Source: Alphaproteobacteria bacterium (GTDB lineage Bacteria > Pseudomonadota > Alphaproteobacteria > JAVJVX01). Taken from it: a stretch of 64,000 bases of DNA. Position 1 is the stretch's first letter. Each line of letters starts with the position of its first letter. The DNA is taken from NCBI GenBank assembly GCA_040220875.1, contig JAVJVX010000003.1, forward strand, positions 136,969-200,968, written 5' to 3'. This document shows, piece by piece, positions 47,185 through 60,996 of this stretch. The position numbers and the translations under genes were made by a program. The notes beneath the pieces were generated by a model. The model was not told the origin of the DNA, ran no database searches, and saw nothing but the letters and a program-made list of their open reading frames with translations.

Positions 47185-47186
47185 AG

Positions 47187-47630
47187 ATGGGCGTGTCAGT
47201 TGGCCAGAACACGGGCCGCCGGGGCCGCGCCCGCAGCCGGCCCGGCATGATGAGTGAGATCAACGTCACCCCGCTGGTTGACGTGATGCTCGTGCTTCTG
47301 ATCGTTTTCATGGTTACAGCGCCGCTCCTGACCGTGGGCGTGCCGGTGGATCTGCCCGAGGCGGATGCGCCCTCGCTCACCCAGCCGGAAGAGCCGCTGG
47401 TGGTTTCGGTCGACGGGGAGGGGCGGATCTTCATCCAGGAAACCGAAACGACGATTGCCGAACTTGCGCCACGATTGGCTGCGATAACCGGGAACAATCC
47501 GGAAACCCGGATATATCTGAGGGGAGATCGTACGCTCAATTACGGGCGGGTCATGGAAGTGATGGGGACGGTCAACGCGGCCGGCTTCAACCGGGTCGCC
47601 CTCGTGGCGGAAGTTCCGCGTCCGAAGTAG
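47187..47630 (+). CDS. tolR: Tol-Pal system protein TolR
   Basis: The sequence INVTPLVDVMLVLLIVFMV has the TM Asp. It is an ExbD/TolR-family protein of 147 aa. Confidence 0.9.
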   Translation: MGVSVGQNTGRRGRARSRPGMMSEINVTPLVDVMLVLLIVFMVTAPLLTVGVPVDLPEADAPSLTQPEEPLVVSVDGEGRIFIQETETTIAELAPRLAAITGNNPETRIYLRGDRTLNYGRVMEVMGTVNAAGFNRVALVAEVPRPK

Positions 47631-47633
47631 GGC

Positions 47634-48647
47634 GTGGCTGACTTGACCAATCGGGCAGGTGAGGCGGGTGATGCGGGTGATGCGCCCGGCGCGGCGGCTC
47701 GCCCGGACGACCATCCCCGACAGGGAAACGGCGCGAGGACCATGCGGCGCGGCGCACTCTTTTCAGCCTTGGTTCATGTCGCGGTACTCCTGGTCGCGGT
47801 CTTCGGGATTCCAAGCGTGCTCGAGGACCGGATCGGCCCGACGCCGCCCATCCCTGTCGAAATGGTGACAATCGACGACGAGACCCGCGCGCCGGTCCCG
47901 ATGGCCGAGCCCGAGCCCGAGCCCCAACCCGAGCCCCAACCCGAGCCCGAGCCGGCACCCGCGCCGGCACCGGCGCCGGAACCGGCGCCGCCGGCCGCAT
48001 CACCCGCCGCGCCGCCCAGCCCGGCCCCGTCACCCGCCCCGCGCGAGGTGGTTCCGGCCGCCCCGCCGCCCGTGCCGCCGCCCGTGCCGAAGCCCGAGGC
48101 CAGGCCGAAGCCGCCGCCCGAGCGGCCGTCTCCGGCCCCCCAAACGGCGGCCGCGCCGCGAAAAAAACCCGCGCCGGAGCGCCAGAAGCCGGCCGCCGAC
48201 GAGTTCATGTCCGTCCTCAGGACGGTGGAGGAGTTGAAATCCCAGGCGCCACACCAGGAAAAACAGCAGGAATCGGCCGATCGCGCCCCAGAACCGCCAC
48301 AGTCCCAGCCCAGTGTTTCGCCCGCCAGGCGACTGACCATGAGCGAACTCGACGCTGTCCGGGCCCAGATCGCCAGGTGCTGGAACATTCCCGCCGGCGC
48401 GCGGGACGCAGAGAACCTCGTAGTGGAGATCTGGGTGGCGATGCTGCCGGATGGCCGGGTGAGCGACGCAAGGATCGTGGACCGGGACCGGGCCGGCCGG
48501 GACCCGTTCTTCCGGGCCGCGGCCGAAAGCGCCCTGCGCGCGGTTCTCAACCCCCAATGTTCGCCCTTGCGGTTGCCGCCGGAAAAATATGAAGTGTGGC
48601 GCACAATGACACTGGCCTTTAATCCCAAGGAAATGTTCGGAAGCTAA
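47634..48647 (+). CDS. tolA: cell envelope integrity protein TolA
   Basis: It has an N-terminal TM ([19 protein letters not shown]) and a long [14 protein letters not shown]-rich domain II. A C-terminal TolA domain follows. The start is uncertain (GTG 47634 versus ATG 47742). Confidence 0.75.
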   Translation: MADLTNRAGEAGDAGDAPGAAARPDDHPRQGNGARTMRRGALFSALVHVAVLLVAVFGIPSVLEDRIGPTPPIPVEMVTIDDETRAPVPMAEPEPEPQPEPQPEPEPAPAPAPAPEPAPPAASPAAPPSPAPSPAPREVVPAAPPPVPPPVPKPEARPKPPPERPSPAPQTAAAPRKKPAPERQKPAADEFMSVLRTVEELKSQAPHQEKQQESADRAPEPPQSQPSVSPARRLTMSELDAVRAQIARCWNIPAGARDAENLVVEIWVAMLPDGRVSDARIVDRDRAGRDPFFRAAAESALRAVLNPQCSPLRLPPEKYEVWRTMTLAFNPKEMFGS

Positions 48648-48658
48648 GATTCCATCTC

Positions 48659-49993
48659 GTGATTAGGCACATTCCCCTCCCTTTCGGTCTATCCGTCCTG
48701 CTGCTGGTCATCGTGCTCGGAAACTTTTCCGCCCGGGCCGAGCTCCGCATCGACATCACGCGGGGCAATATTGACCCGCTCCCCATCGCCGTGACGGCGT
48801 TTTCCGGCGGCACGGAAGAGGAGACATCTCTCGCCAGCGATGTGGCGGATGTGGTCTCGGCCGACCTGGAACGCTCCGGCCTGTTTCGCCCGATCGAGCG
48901 CAGCGCCTTCATCGAGCAACTGTCCTCGCTTGCGGTGCGTCCCCGGTTCGGCGACTGGCGGATCATCAATGCCCAGGCCCTGGTGCACGGGCGAGCGCAG
49001 CTCATGCCGGACGGGCGGCTTCGCGTGGAGTTCCGGCTTTGGGATGTTTTCGCCGAGCAGCAAATCAGCGGCTGGGCGTTCCAGACGACACAGGATAACT
49101 GGCGTCAGATTTCGCACAAGATCGCGGACAAGATTTACGAGCGTATCACGGGGGAGAGCGGCTATTTCGACAGCCGGATCGTCTATGTCTCGGAGAGCGG
49201 CTCGGCCATGAATCGCATCAAGCGCCTTGCGATCATGGATCAGGATGGCGCCAATCACCGCTTTCTGACCGACGGTGGCACGCTGGTGCTAACGCCCCGC
49301 TTTTCTCCGACCTCCCAGGAAATCACCTACCTGTCCTACGTCAACGATCAGCCGCGGGTTTACATCTATAATATTGAAAGTGGACGGCAGGAAATCCTGG
49401 GTGATTTTCCGGGCATGACCTTCGCGCCCCGTTTCACGCCCGACGGCAACAAGGTCATCATGAGCTTGGCGACGGGGGGCAATTCGGAAATTTACAGCAT
49501 GGACCTCAGAACCCGTCGGGTCCGTCGCCTGACCAAGAATCCGGCCATCGATACGTCGCCCTCCGCCTCGCCCGACGGGGAATCCATCGCCTTCAATTCG
49601 GACCGGGGCGGCAGCCAGCAGATCTATGTCATGGATTCGGATGGGGGCAATGTGCATCGAATCAGCTTTGGGGAGGGGCGCTATGCCACTCCGGTATGGT
49701 CGCCACGGGGCGATCTGGTCGCCTTTACGAAAATGTTAAAGGGTGAATTTTATATTGGCGTGATGAAATTCGACGGGTCGGGGGAGCGCCTTCTGGCCAA
49801 GGGATTTCTGGTGGAAGGGCCGACCTGGGCGCCAAACGGGCGGGTTCTCGCCTTTTTCCGCCAGGAACCCCAGTCCGGGCCGGATAGCGGCGGGGCCCGG
49901 CTTTTTTCCATCGATCTGACGGGGCATAACGAACGCGAAATACTTACGCCGTTAAATGCTTCTGACCCGGCCTGGTCGCCGCTTTTGCCCTAG
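48659..49993 (+). CDS. tolB: Tol-Pal system beta-propeller protein TolB
   Basis: It has a signal peptide, an N-terminal TolB domain and repeated WD-like propeller blades (SPDG...[12 protein letters not shown]). It uses a GTG start. Confidence 0.9.
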   Translation: MIRHIPLPFGLSVLLLVIVLGNFSARAELRIDITRGNIDPLPIAVTAFSGGTEEETSLASDVADVVSADLERSGLFRPIERSAFIEQLSSLAVRPRFGDWRIINAQALVHGRAQLMPDGRLRVEFRLWDVFAEQQISGWAFQTTQDNWRQISHKIADKIYERITGESGYFDSRIVYVSESGSAMNRIKRLAIMDQDGANHRFLTDGGTLVLTPRFSPTSQEITYLSYVNDQPRVYIYNIESGRQEILGDFPGMTFAPRFTPDGNKVIMSLATGGNSEIYSMDLRTRRVRRLTKNPAIDTSPSASPDGESIAFNSDRGGSQQIYVMDSDGGNVHRISFGEGRYATPVWSPRGDLVAFTKMLKGEFYIGVMKFDGSGERLLAKGFLVEGPTWAPNGRVLAFFRQEPQSGPDSGGARLFSIDLTGHNEREILTPLNASDPAWSPLLP

Positions 49994-50178
49994 GCGGAAG
50001 CGGCCATCGGGTGGGGAAAGAGCGCGTTAAGAGATAGAAAACAAAGAAATTGCCGCTTTTGCTGGGGTGTTGTATGAAAAACACAGCGAAAATGGAATGG
50101 TTAACGGGGCTGGTTTGCGGTAGCCGCCTGCCGTTTCTCGCGCCCGGAGACGGGCGCCATTGTCAGGGGAATTGAACT

Positions 50179-50697
50179 ATGAAACTCAAATTGGCGGCGC
50201 TTTTTTCGGCGCTCCTGTTCGTATCCGGCTGTCAGACGAGTCCCACGCAAACGGGAGGCGCTGGCGGAACGGGTTTCGGCACGTCCGGCGGCGGTGCCGG
50301 CGGCTCGGTCGTTTCGACGCCGCAGCCCGGCAGCCAGGCCGCGCTTGAGCAGGCGGCGGGTGACCGGGTCTTCTTCGACTTCGACCGCTACAATATCGAC
50401 GGCGAGGCGGAGGATACGCTCAAGGCACAAGCAGCCTGGCTCGAAAGCAACCCGTCGGTCACCGTGACCGTCGAGGGCCATGCGGACGAGCGGGGCACGC
50501 GGGAATACAACCTTGCCCTCGGCGAGAGGCGGGCCAACGCGGTCAAGAATTACCTCGTGGCGCTCGGCATCGACGATGGGCGTATCACCACGATCAGCTA
50601 CGGCAAGGAGCGCCCGGCGGTCGAGGGATCGAACGAAGCGGCCTGGGCGAAAAACCGTCGCGCCGTGACGGTCGTCACGTCCTCGCCGCGGAGCTGA
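50179..50697 (+). CDS. pal: peptidoglycan-associated lipoprotein Pal
   Basis: It has the lipobox LLFVSGC and an OmpA-like domain ([27 protein letters not shown]). Confidence 0.9.
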   Translation: MKLKLAALFSALLFVSGCQTSPTQTGGAGGTGFGTSGGGAGGSVVSTPQPGSQAALEQAAGDRVFFDFDRYNIDGEAEDTLKAQAAWLESNPSVTVTVEGHADERGTREYNLALGERRANAVKNYLVALGIDDGRITTISYGKERPAVEGSNEAAWAKNRRAVTVVTSSPRS

Positions 50698-50936
50698 CGA
50701 CGGCTTCTGGTCGAGCCGCGATCCCGGCCCGGTCCCGGGCCGGATCGCTCCCATCCGTTACTGGAATTGTTGAACCCCGGCGAGCAGGTTGCCGGGGCTC
50801 ACATCTTTTCGACATATTCGGGTCGATAATTCGGGGTCCGGGCCGGTGATCCCAATGTCCGCCGGTTGCGGAGCGAATGCGGTTGGCGGCCGGGAGCGGA
50901 ACAATTGAGATCGGCATGATGCGAGAACCCGGCGTG

Positions 50937-51992
50937 ATGCAAGAACATGGGGGACGCCGTCGGCGTCGCGGTCCGGCGCGGCGGGCGGTGATGCCTGTGG
51001 CGATCCTCGGGCTGGCCCTGGCGGTCTCGGGCGGAGTTGGCCCGGTGTGCGCCCAGTCGGGCGAACTCGCGCCGGTGGTTACCCGGCTCGAGCGGCTCGA
51101 GGCCGACCTGAACGCGCTCCAGAAACAGGTCTACCGTGGCGAGAAACCGTCCGCCGTATCGCCTGCGAGCGATGGCGCGGGCACTGGCGCGGGCACTGGC
51201 GTGGGCACTGGCGCAGGCACTGGGCTTCAGGCGGGCCCCGTCGCGGCGCGGCTTCAGGTGAAGCTGAGCGATCTCGAGACTCAGATCCAGGAACTGACCG
51301 GTCGTGTCGAGGAAATCGCGCACGGGCTGGAACGCACCGGCCATCGTATCGATACGTTGCAGAGCGACCTCGAGATGCGCCTTTCGGCCCTCGAACGCCA
51401 GGGTGGCCGCGGGGCCGCGGACTTCGCCGACGGAAGCGCCGGCAGCTCCGGCGTTGACCGGCCAGGGTCGGCCGAACGCCCGGCCGGACGCTCGGGGCAG
51501 GTCATGCCCCTTGGTGTCACGCCCAACCCGTCCGTGCCACCGGCAGCGACCGGTGCCGGCGAGACGGCCGATATGGCGGCCTTGCCGGGCGCCGTCCTGC
51601 CGCCCGGGTCGGCGGAAGAGCAGTACAACCACGCCTTTTCTCTCGTCATCCAGGCCGATTACGAGGCGGCCGAAAAGGCGCTGGCGGCGTTTCTCGCCGC
51701 CCATGGCACGCATGACCTTGCGAGCAATGCCGCTTATTGGCGGGCAGAGACTTTTTACGTCCGCAAGAATTTCGCCGAGGCCGCCGTCCGGTTCGCGGAA
51801 AGCTACAAGCAATATCCCGACGGTACGAAGGCGCCTGACAGCCTGCTGAAACTCGGTATGTCGCTCGCGTCGCTCGAAAAAACGGAGGAGGCCTGCAAGT
51901 CCTTCGCCGAACTCGCGCGGCGCTATCCCGAGGCGCCTGCGCGCATTCAGCAACATGCCAGCCGCGAACGCGCGCGACTTGGCTGCCCCTGA
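50937..51992 (+). CDS. cpoB: tol-pal system protein YbgF/CpoB
   Basis: It has a signal peptide and an N-terminal coiled coil (LERLEADLNALQKQV; LSDLETQIQELTGRVEEI). C-terminal TPR repeats follow (YNHAFSLVIQADYEAAEKALAAFL...YWRAETFY). The start is ambiguous between ATG 50916, 50937 and 50991. Confidence 0.75.
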   Translation: MQEHGGRRRRRGPARRAVMPVAILGLALAVSGGVGPVCAQSGELAPVVTRLERLEADLNALQKQVYRGEKPSAVSPASDGAGTGAGTGVGTGAGTGLQAGPVAARLQVKLSDLETQIQELTGRVEEIAHGLERTGHRIDTLQSDLEMRLSALERQGGRGAADFADGSAGSSGVDRPGSAERPAGRSGQVMPLGVTPNPSVPPAATGAGETADMAALPGAVLPPGSAEEQYNHAFSLVIQADYEAAEKALAAFLAAHGTHDLASNAAYWRAETFYVRKNFAEAAVRFAESYKQYPDGTKAPDSLLKLGMSLASLEKTEEACKSFAELARRYPEAPARIQQHASRERARLGCP

Positions 51993-52047
51993 AACCGGGG
52001 ACACGCGGGCCGCGGGTGATATCGGCCCGGCCTGGTTCGAGGGGCGC

Positions 52048-53391
52048 ATGGCTGCGCTCGGCCCGTTCGAAGAGATCCCCCATATTGCCGTTGCCGTCTC
52101 GGGCGGGGCCGACAGCCGGGCGCTCGTCCTGCTGGCGCGGGAGTGGGTGGTCGCGCGCCCCGGCGCGCGGCTAACGGCGCTTACCGTGGATCACGGGCTC
52201 CGGCCCGATTCGGCGGATGAGGCGGCGCGGACTGGCGCCTGGCTCCGCGATCACCGCATCGCTCATGTAATTCTGCGCTGGACCGGCCCGAAGCCCGCGA
52301 GCGGGGTGCAGGCGGCGGCCCGGGCGGCGCGTTACGGGCTGATGGAGGGCTGGTGCCGCCGGGAAGGCGTGTTGCACCTGCTGGTGGCCCATCAGCGCGA
52401 CGATCAGGCGGAGACCGCACTCCTCCGGCGCGAGCGCGGCACCGGTCCGCGCGGCCGGGCGGCCATGCCCGCGATCAGCGAAACGCCCGATTTGCGCTTG
52501 CTGCGCCCCCTGCTTCCGGTCCCCGGCACCGCGGTGCGCGCCTGGCTTGCCGCCCGCGGCGAGAGCTGGATCGAGGACCCGTCAAACCGCGACCGCCGGT
52601 TTACCCGTGTGCGGTTGCGCGCGATTCTGCGCGCCTCACCCGCGCGCGCCGATCGCCTTTATGCCGCAACGATCGCGGCCGGCGCGGCGCGCGCCGAAAG
52701 TGACCGGGGCATGGCCCGGTTCTTCGCCGCGAACGGATATCTCAGTCCTCTCGGATTTGCGGTGCTGTCGCGCGACGGCGTTCGCCGGCTTTCGGGCGAA
52801 ACGCTTGAGACCGTGTTGAGCCGCCTCGTGCAGACCGTTTCGGGAAGCGCCTTTCCCCCACGCCGCCAGCGCGTGCGCAGCCTGGGTAAGGACCTGCTGG
52901 CGACCGGCCTCGGGCACGCACGCACGCTGGGCGGCTGCCGCCTGATGACGGCTCAAAGGGCTGCCACCGGGCTCAAGGCGCGCGCCGACGGTGATCTGCT
53001 TCTGGTCGTCCGCGAGCCGGGGGCAGTCGCGCCCGAACTCGACCTCGTGGTTTCCTCGCGGCCGGAGACGGCGGGCGATCCACACTGGGATGGCCGGTTC
53101 GTCGTGACGCTGGCCGGGGGCGGCGGCGCGGGAATGCAGGTCGGCGCGCTCGGGGCCGAGGGCTGGCGGCAGGTGCGCCAGATGCTGTCGGGGCGGGCGC
53201 CCGATGGTCCCGGCCGGCTGACCGCCTTCGCCCGCGAGGTTCCAGCCCCGGCCCGTGCGGCGCTGCCGGTCATCCGCCGTGACGGCCGGATCGTATCCAT
53301 GGCGGGGCTCGATCTGGATGGGGGCGATTTCGCCCGGTTCCGCTTCCGGCCCCGGGTGCCGCTCGTCGGGGCCCCGTTTTCCAGCGCCTGA
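52048..53391 (+). CDS. tilS: tRNA(Ile)-lysidine synthetase
   Basis: It has the PP-loop [18 protein letters not shown] and the conserved [13 protein letters not shown]. It sits in its usual position upstream of ftsH. Confidence 0.8.
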   Translation: MAALGPFEEIPHIAVAVSGGADSRALVLLAREWVVARPGARLTALTVDHGLRPDSADEAARTGAWLRDHRIAHVILRWTGPKPASGVQAAARAARYGLMEGWCRREGVLHLLVAHQRDDQAETALLRRERGTGPRGRAAMPAISETPDLRLLRPLLPVPGTAVRAWLAARGESWIEDPSNRDRRFTRVRLRAILRASPARADRLYAATIAAGAARAESDRGMARFFAANGYLSPLGFAVLSRDGVRRLSGETLETVLSRLVQTVSGSAFPPRRQRVRSLGKDLLATGLGHARTLGGCRLMTAQRAATGLKARADGDLLLVVREPGAVAPELDLVVSSRPETAGDPHWDGRFVVTLAGGGGAGMQVGALGAEGWRQVRQMLSGRAPDGPGRLTAFAREVPAPARAALPVIRRDGRIVSMAGLDLDGGDFARFRFRPRVPLVGAPFSSA

Positions 53392-53449
53392 GCCTGCCCT
53401 GGGGCGGAATTGGGTCCCAAGACCGGCGCCGGCCGCAAGTTTCCCGGCC

Positions 53450-53497
53450 GGGGGAGGCCGGGAGAGCCCGGGGGAGCCCGGGGGAGCCCGGGAAAGC
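53450..53497. repeat. about 4 tandem copies of a 10-nt unit (gggggagccc) between tilS and ftsH
   Basis: The sequence is gggggaggccgggagagcccgggggagcccgggggagcccgggaaagc. Confidence 0.5.
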
Positions 53498-53621
53498 ATT
53501 GTTTTTGCGTCCCGAGGCATTATCTGTCTGGGGTAACGGGACCTTCAGGGAACGGCTATACTGTTGCCCGCCCTGGAAACGCCCCCGCGCCGGTCCCGCC
53601 CGCTTTCTGAAAGGTAGATGC

Positions 53622-55544
<1,923 letters not shown>

Positions 55545-55548
55545 ATTC

Positions 55549-56388
55549 GTGACGGCCGTGCGACCCTTCGCCGGGCGCGCCGGCGCGCCGGCCGTCATGG
55601 GCATCGTCAACGTCACGCCCGACAGTTTTTCCGATGGCGGTGAATTCAGTGATCCGGTCCGCGCGATCGCCCACGGGCGGGCGCTGATCGAGGCGGGCGC
55701 CGATATTCTGGACATTGGGGGTGAAAGCACGCGCCCCGGGGCGACAGAGTTATCGCCCGAGGCGGAGGCCGGCCGCGTTCTCCCCGTCATCGCGGGGCTG
55801 GCGCGGGCCGGCGTGCCGCTGTCCATCGATACCCGCCACGCCGCCGTGATGGCCGCCGCCCTCGATGCCGGGGCGGCTATCGTCAACGACGTGACCGCGC
55901 TCACCCATGATCCCGAGGCCTTGGCTCTCGTCGCCCGGCGGCAATCCCCGGTCATCCTGATGCATATGCAGGGGACGCCGGAAACCATGCAGGATGGCCC
56001 CCGGTATGACGATGTCGTGGTCGAGGTGCTGGACTTTCTGGCCGCCCGCGTGCGGGCTTGCGAGACAGTGGGGATCGACCGCGCCCGTATCGCCATCGAC
56101 CCCGGTATCGGGTTCGGCAAGTCGCTCGCGCATAACCTGACCCTGCTCGCTCATCTCGACCGGTTCCGCGCTCTTGGCTGCGCCGTCATGGTGGGCGCCT
56201 CGCGAAAGAGCTTCATCGCCCGCGCCAGCGGGGGCGAGGCGGTGGACAACCGGTTAGGCGGTTCCCTCGCCGCCGCCCTTTTCGCGGCAAACCGTGGCGT
56301 CGATCTGGTGCGCGTGCATGACGTGGCGGAGACCCGCCAGGCGCTCGCCGTCTGGCAGGCGATCGGGAAGGCGCGTTCCTCCGCCTAG
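55549..56388 (+). CDS. folP: dihydropteroate synthase
   Basis: It has VMGIVNVTPDSFSDGG, DIGGESTRPGA and GxSRKSF. A GTG start is taken 5 nt after the ftsH stop; the alternative ATG 55597 would truncate the conserved N-terminus. Confidence 0.8.
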   Translation: MTAVRPFAGRAGAPAVMGIVNVTPDSFSDGGEFSDPVRAIAHGRALIEAGADILDIGGESTRPGATELSPEAEAGRVLPVIAGLARAGVPLSIDTRHAAVMAAALDAGAAIVNDVTALTHDPEALALVARRQSPVILMHMQGTPETMQDGPRYDDVVVEVLDFLAARVRACETVGIDRARIAIDPGIGFGKSLAHNLTLLAHLDRFRALGCAVMVGASRKSFIARASGGEAVDNRLGGSLAAALFAANRGVDLVRVHDVAETRQALAVWQAIGKARSSA

Positions 56389-56449
56389 ACTCCGGCCGCC
56401 GGAGCCGGCGGGACGCTGGAGCCGGGTCCGCAAGGCCGGAATGAGGGCT

Positions 56450-56481
56450 TTGCTGTCGAGCGCGTCCTGGTGTGATATAAT
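56450..56481 (+). promoter_or_regulatory. candidate sigma70 promoter for glmM (TTGCTG ... TGtGaTATAAT)
   Basis: TTGCTG (56450..56455) and TATAAT (56476..56481) have an extended -10-like TG between them. They lie 30 nt upstream of the glmM ATG. Confidence 0.35.
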
Positions 56482-56510
56482 TCTGTCAGCAGCGGGATGT
56501 TGAGGGGCGC

Positions 56511-57866
56511 ATGCGAAAACTATTCGGGACTGACGGGATTCGGGGGACCGCCAACCGTGAGCCCATGACGGCGGAGACGGCGCTTCGGGTCGCCATGGCG
56601 GCGGGCCATCATTTCCGGCGCGGCGATCACAAGCATCTCGTCGTCATTGGCAAGGACACCCGGCTCTCGGGCTACATGCTTGAACCGGCCCTGCAGGCCG
56701 GCTTCATCGCGATGGGCATGGATGTGATGCTGTTGGGCCCATTGCCCACACCGGGCGTCGCCATGCTTACCCGCTCGCTGCGCGCCGATCTCGGCGTCAT
56801 GCTGTCCGCCTCGCATAACCCGTTCGAGGATAACGGAATCAAGCTCTTCGGGCCGGATGGCTGGAAACTCTCTGATGAGGTGGAGATCGAGATCGAACAT
56901 CTGGTCGAGAACGGGCTCGACGATGTGCTGGCGCCGCCGGCCGAACTCGGGCGCGCGCGCCGGCTGGATGATGCGGTGGGACGCTATATCGAGATCGTGA
57001 AGAATACGTTCCCCAAGCAGCTCAGGCTGGACGGACTCAAGATCGTCGTTGATTGCGCCAACGGTGCCGCCTACAAGGCGGCGCCACGCATCCTCTGGGA
57101 ACTCGGAGCCGATGTCGTGACGATGGGGGCCGATCCGGACGGGATGAACATCAACCACGAATGCGGTGCCACCCATCTTGGGGAACTGCAAAAACGCGTT
57201 GTCGCCGAGGGGGCGGATATCGGCCTCGCGCTCGATGGTGATGCCGACAGGCTGATCATCGTGGATGAAACCGGATCGGTGATGAACGGCGATCAGGTGA
57301 TGGCGCTTGTGGCGAAAAACTGGCAGGAAACGGGCCGTCTCATGGGCGGCGGCGTGGTCGCGACGGTGATGTCGAATCTCGGGTTCGAGCGCTATCTCGA
57401 TGGTCTCGGCCTGACGCTGGTGCGAACGCAGGTGGGCGACCGGTATGTCTGCGCCCATATGCGCGACCACGGCTTCAACGTGGGCGGCGAGCAGTCGGGC
57501 CACATCATCCTGTCGGACTATTCCACGACCGGCGACGGGCTGATTGCGGCGCTGCAGGTGCTGGCGGCGCTGGTCAGCAAGGATGACCGGGTAAGTCATG
57601 TCGGCCATATGTTCGATGCCGTGCCGCAACTCCTGAAAAACGTCCCCTATCAGGGACGGCTGCCGCTGGATCGCCCGGATGTGCAGAAGGCGGTCGTGGC
57701 GGCCGAGCGCCGGCTGGGCCGAAGCGGGCGGCTCCTGATTCGTCCGAGCGGGACCGAACCCGTTATCCGCGTCATGGCTGAAGGTGACGACCTCGATCTC
57801 GTGGGCCGCGTCGTCGACGATATCGTCGGGGCGCTCGAAAAGACGGCCCAGACCTCGGCCGCCTGA
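56511..57866 (+). CDS. glmM: phosphoglucosamine mutase
   Basis: It has [12 protein letters not shown] and the active-site SASHNP, and is 451 aa. The order ftsH-folP-glmM is conserved. Confidence 0.9.
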   Translation: MRKLFGTDGIRGTANREPMTAETALRVAMAAGHHFRRGDHKHLVVIGKDTRLSGYMLEPALQAGFIAMGMDVMLLGPLPTPGVAMLTRSLRADLGVMLSASHNPFEDNGIKLFGPDGWKLSDEVEIEIEHLVENGLDDVLAPPAELGRARRLDDAVGRYIEIVKNTFPKQLRLDGLKIVVDCANGAAYKAAPRILWELGADVVTMGADPDGMNINHECGATHLGELQKRVVAEGADIGLALDGDADRLIIVDETGSVMNGDQVMALVAKNWQETGRLMGGGVVATVMSNLGFERYLDGLGLTLVRTQVGDRYVCAHMRDHGFNVGGEQSGHIILSDYSTTGDGLIAALQVLAALVSKDDRVSHVGHMFDAVPQLLKNVPYQGRLPLDRPDVQKAVVAAERRLGRSGRLLIRPSGTEPVIRVMAEGDDLDLVGRVVDDIVGALEKTAQTSAA

Positions 57867-57871
57867 GGCCC

Positions 57872-60534
<2,663 letters not shown>

Positions 60535-60644
60535 TCAAACGGCTTGGGGTCAGGCGATCTTCCGGGTGGCTCCGGACCGCAGGGCGCCAGGAAAATCAAG
60601 GAGGAAGCGGCAGGGCGGATGGTCTGTCAGGTGCATGCCCGAAA

Positions 60645-60742
60645 CGCCAGTCCTTTTCCTACGCCGGTGTCAGCCGGATCAGGTTCGAAGGGTCGCCAGA
60701 TCGGTCCTGGCCTCTCAGCCTCTTGTGAGGCTCCCCCAAGGG
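60645..60742 (-). promoter_or_regulatory. TPP riboswitch (THI element) controlling thiC
   Basis: The minus-strand RNA is GGGGAGCC-UCACAAGAG-GCUGAGA-GGCCAGGACCGAUCUGGCG-ACCCUU-CGAACCUGAUC-CGGCUGACACCGGCGUAGGAA. This matches the TPP aptamer consensus (GGGGUGCC...GCUGAGA...ACCCUU.GAACCUGAUC.GG.UAAU.CC.GCGUAGGGAA). It lies about 130 nt upstream of the thiC ATG. Confidence 0.85.
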
Positions 60743-60996
60743 ACCGCCCATGGTCGGACGTCTCGGACGACCGGTCAAGAGGCCTCAACGGAGCGGAAAG
60801 CGGTGTTCGCACCGGGACGCGCGAATGACCAGCCCCTGACGAGGGGTATTGTGCCACTCTGGGACGTTCGGTGTAATTGACCAGGCTGGTCGCTTTGGGA
60901 TAGGGAGAGCTTGTCCCGCCAGGCCGACCGGGCTGAAGCCCGCCCGGTCGCACCCCGTCAACCGCGCTTCGGAACGGCGCTTCTCGAGATTTTCGT

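Noticed and set aside
50698-50760. A GC hairpin after pal (CCGGCCCG-gtcc-CGGGCCGG) as a terminator.
   Set aside because: No U-tract follows on either strand. It is possibly rho-dependent or just a palindrome, and it is not called as a feature.
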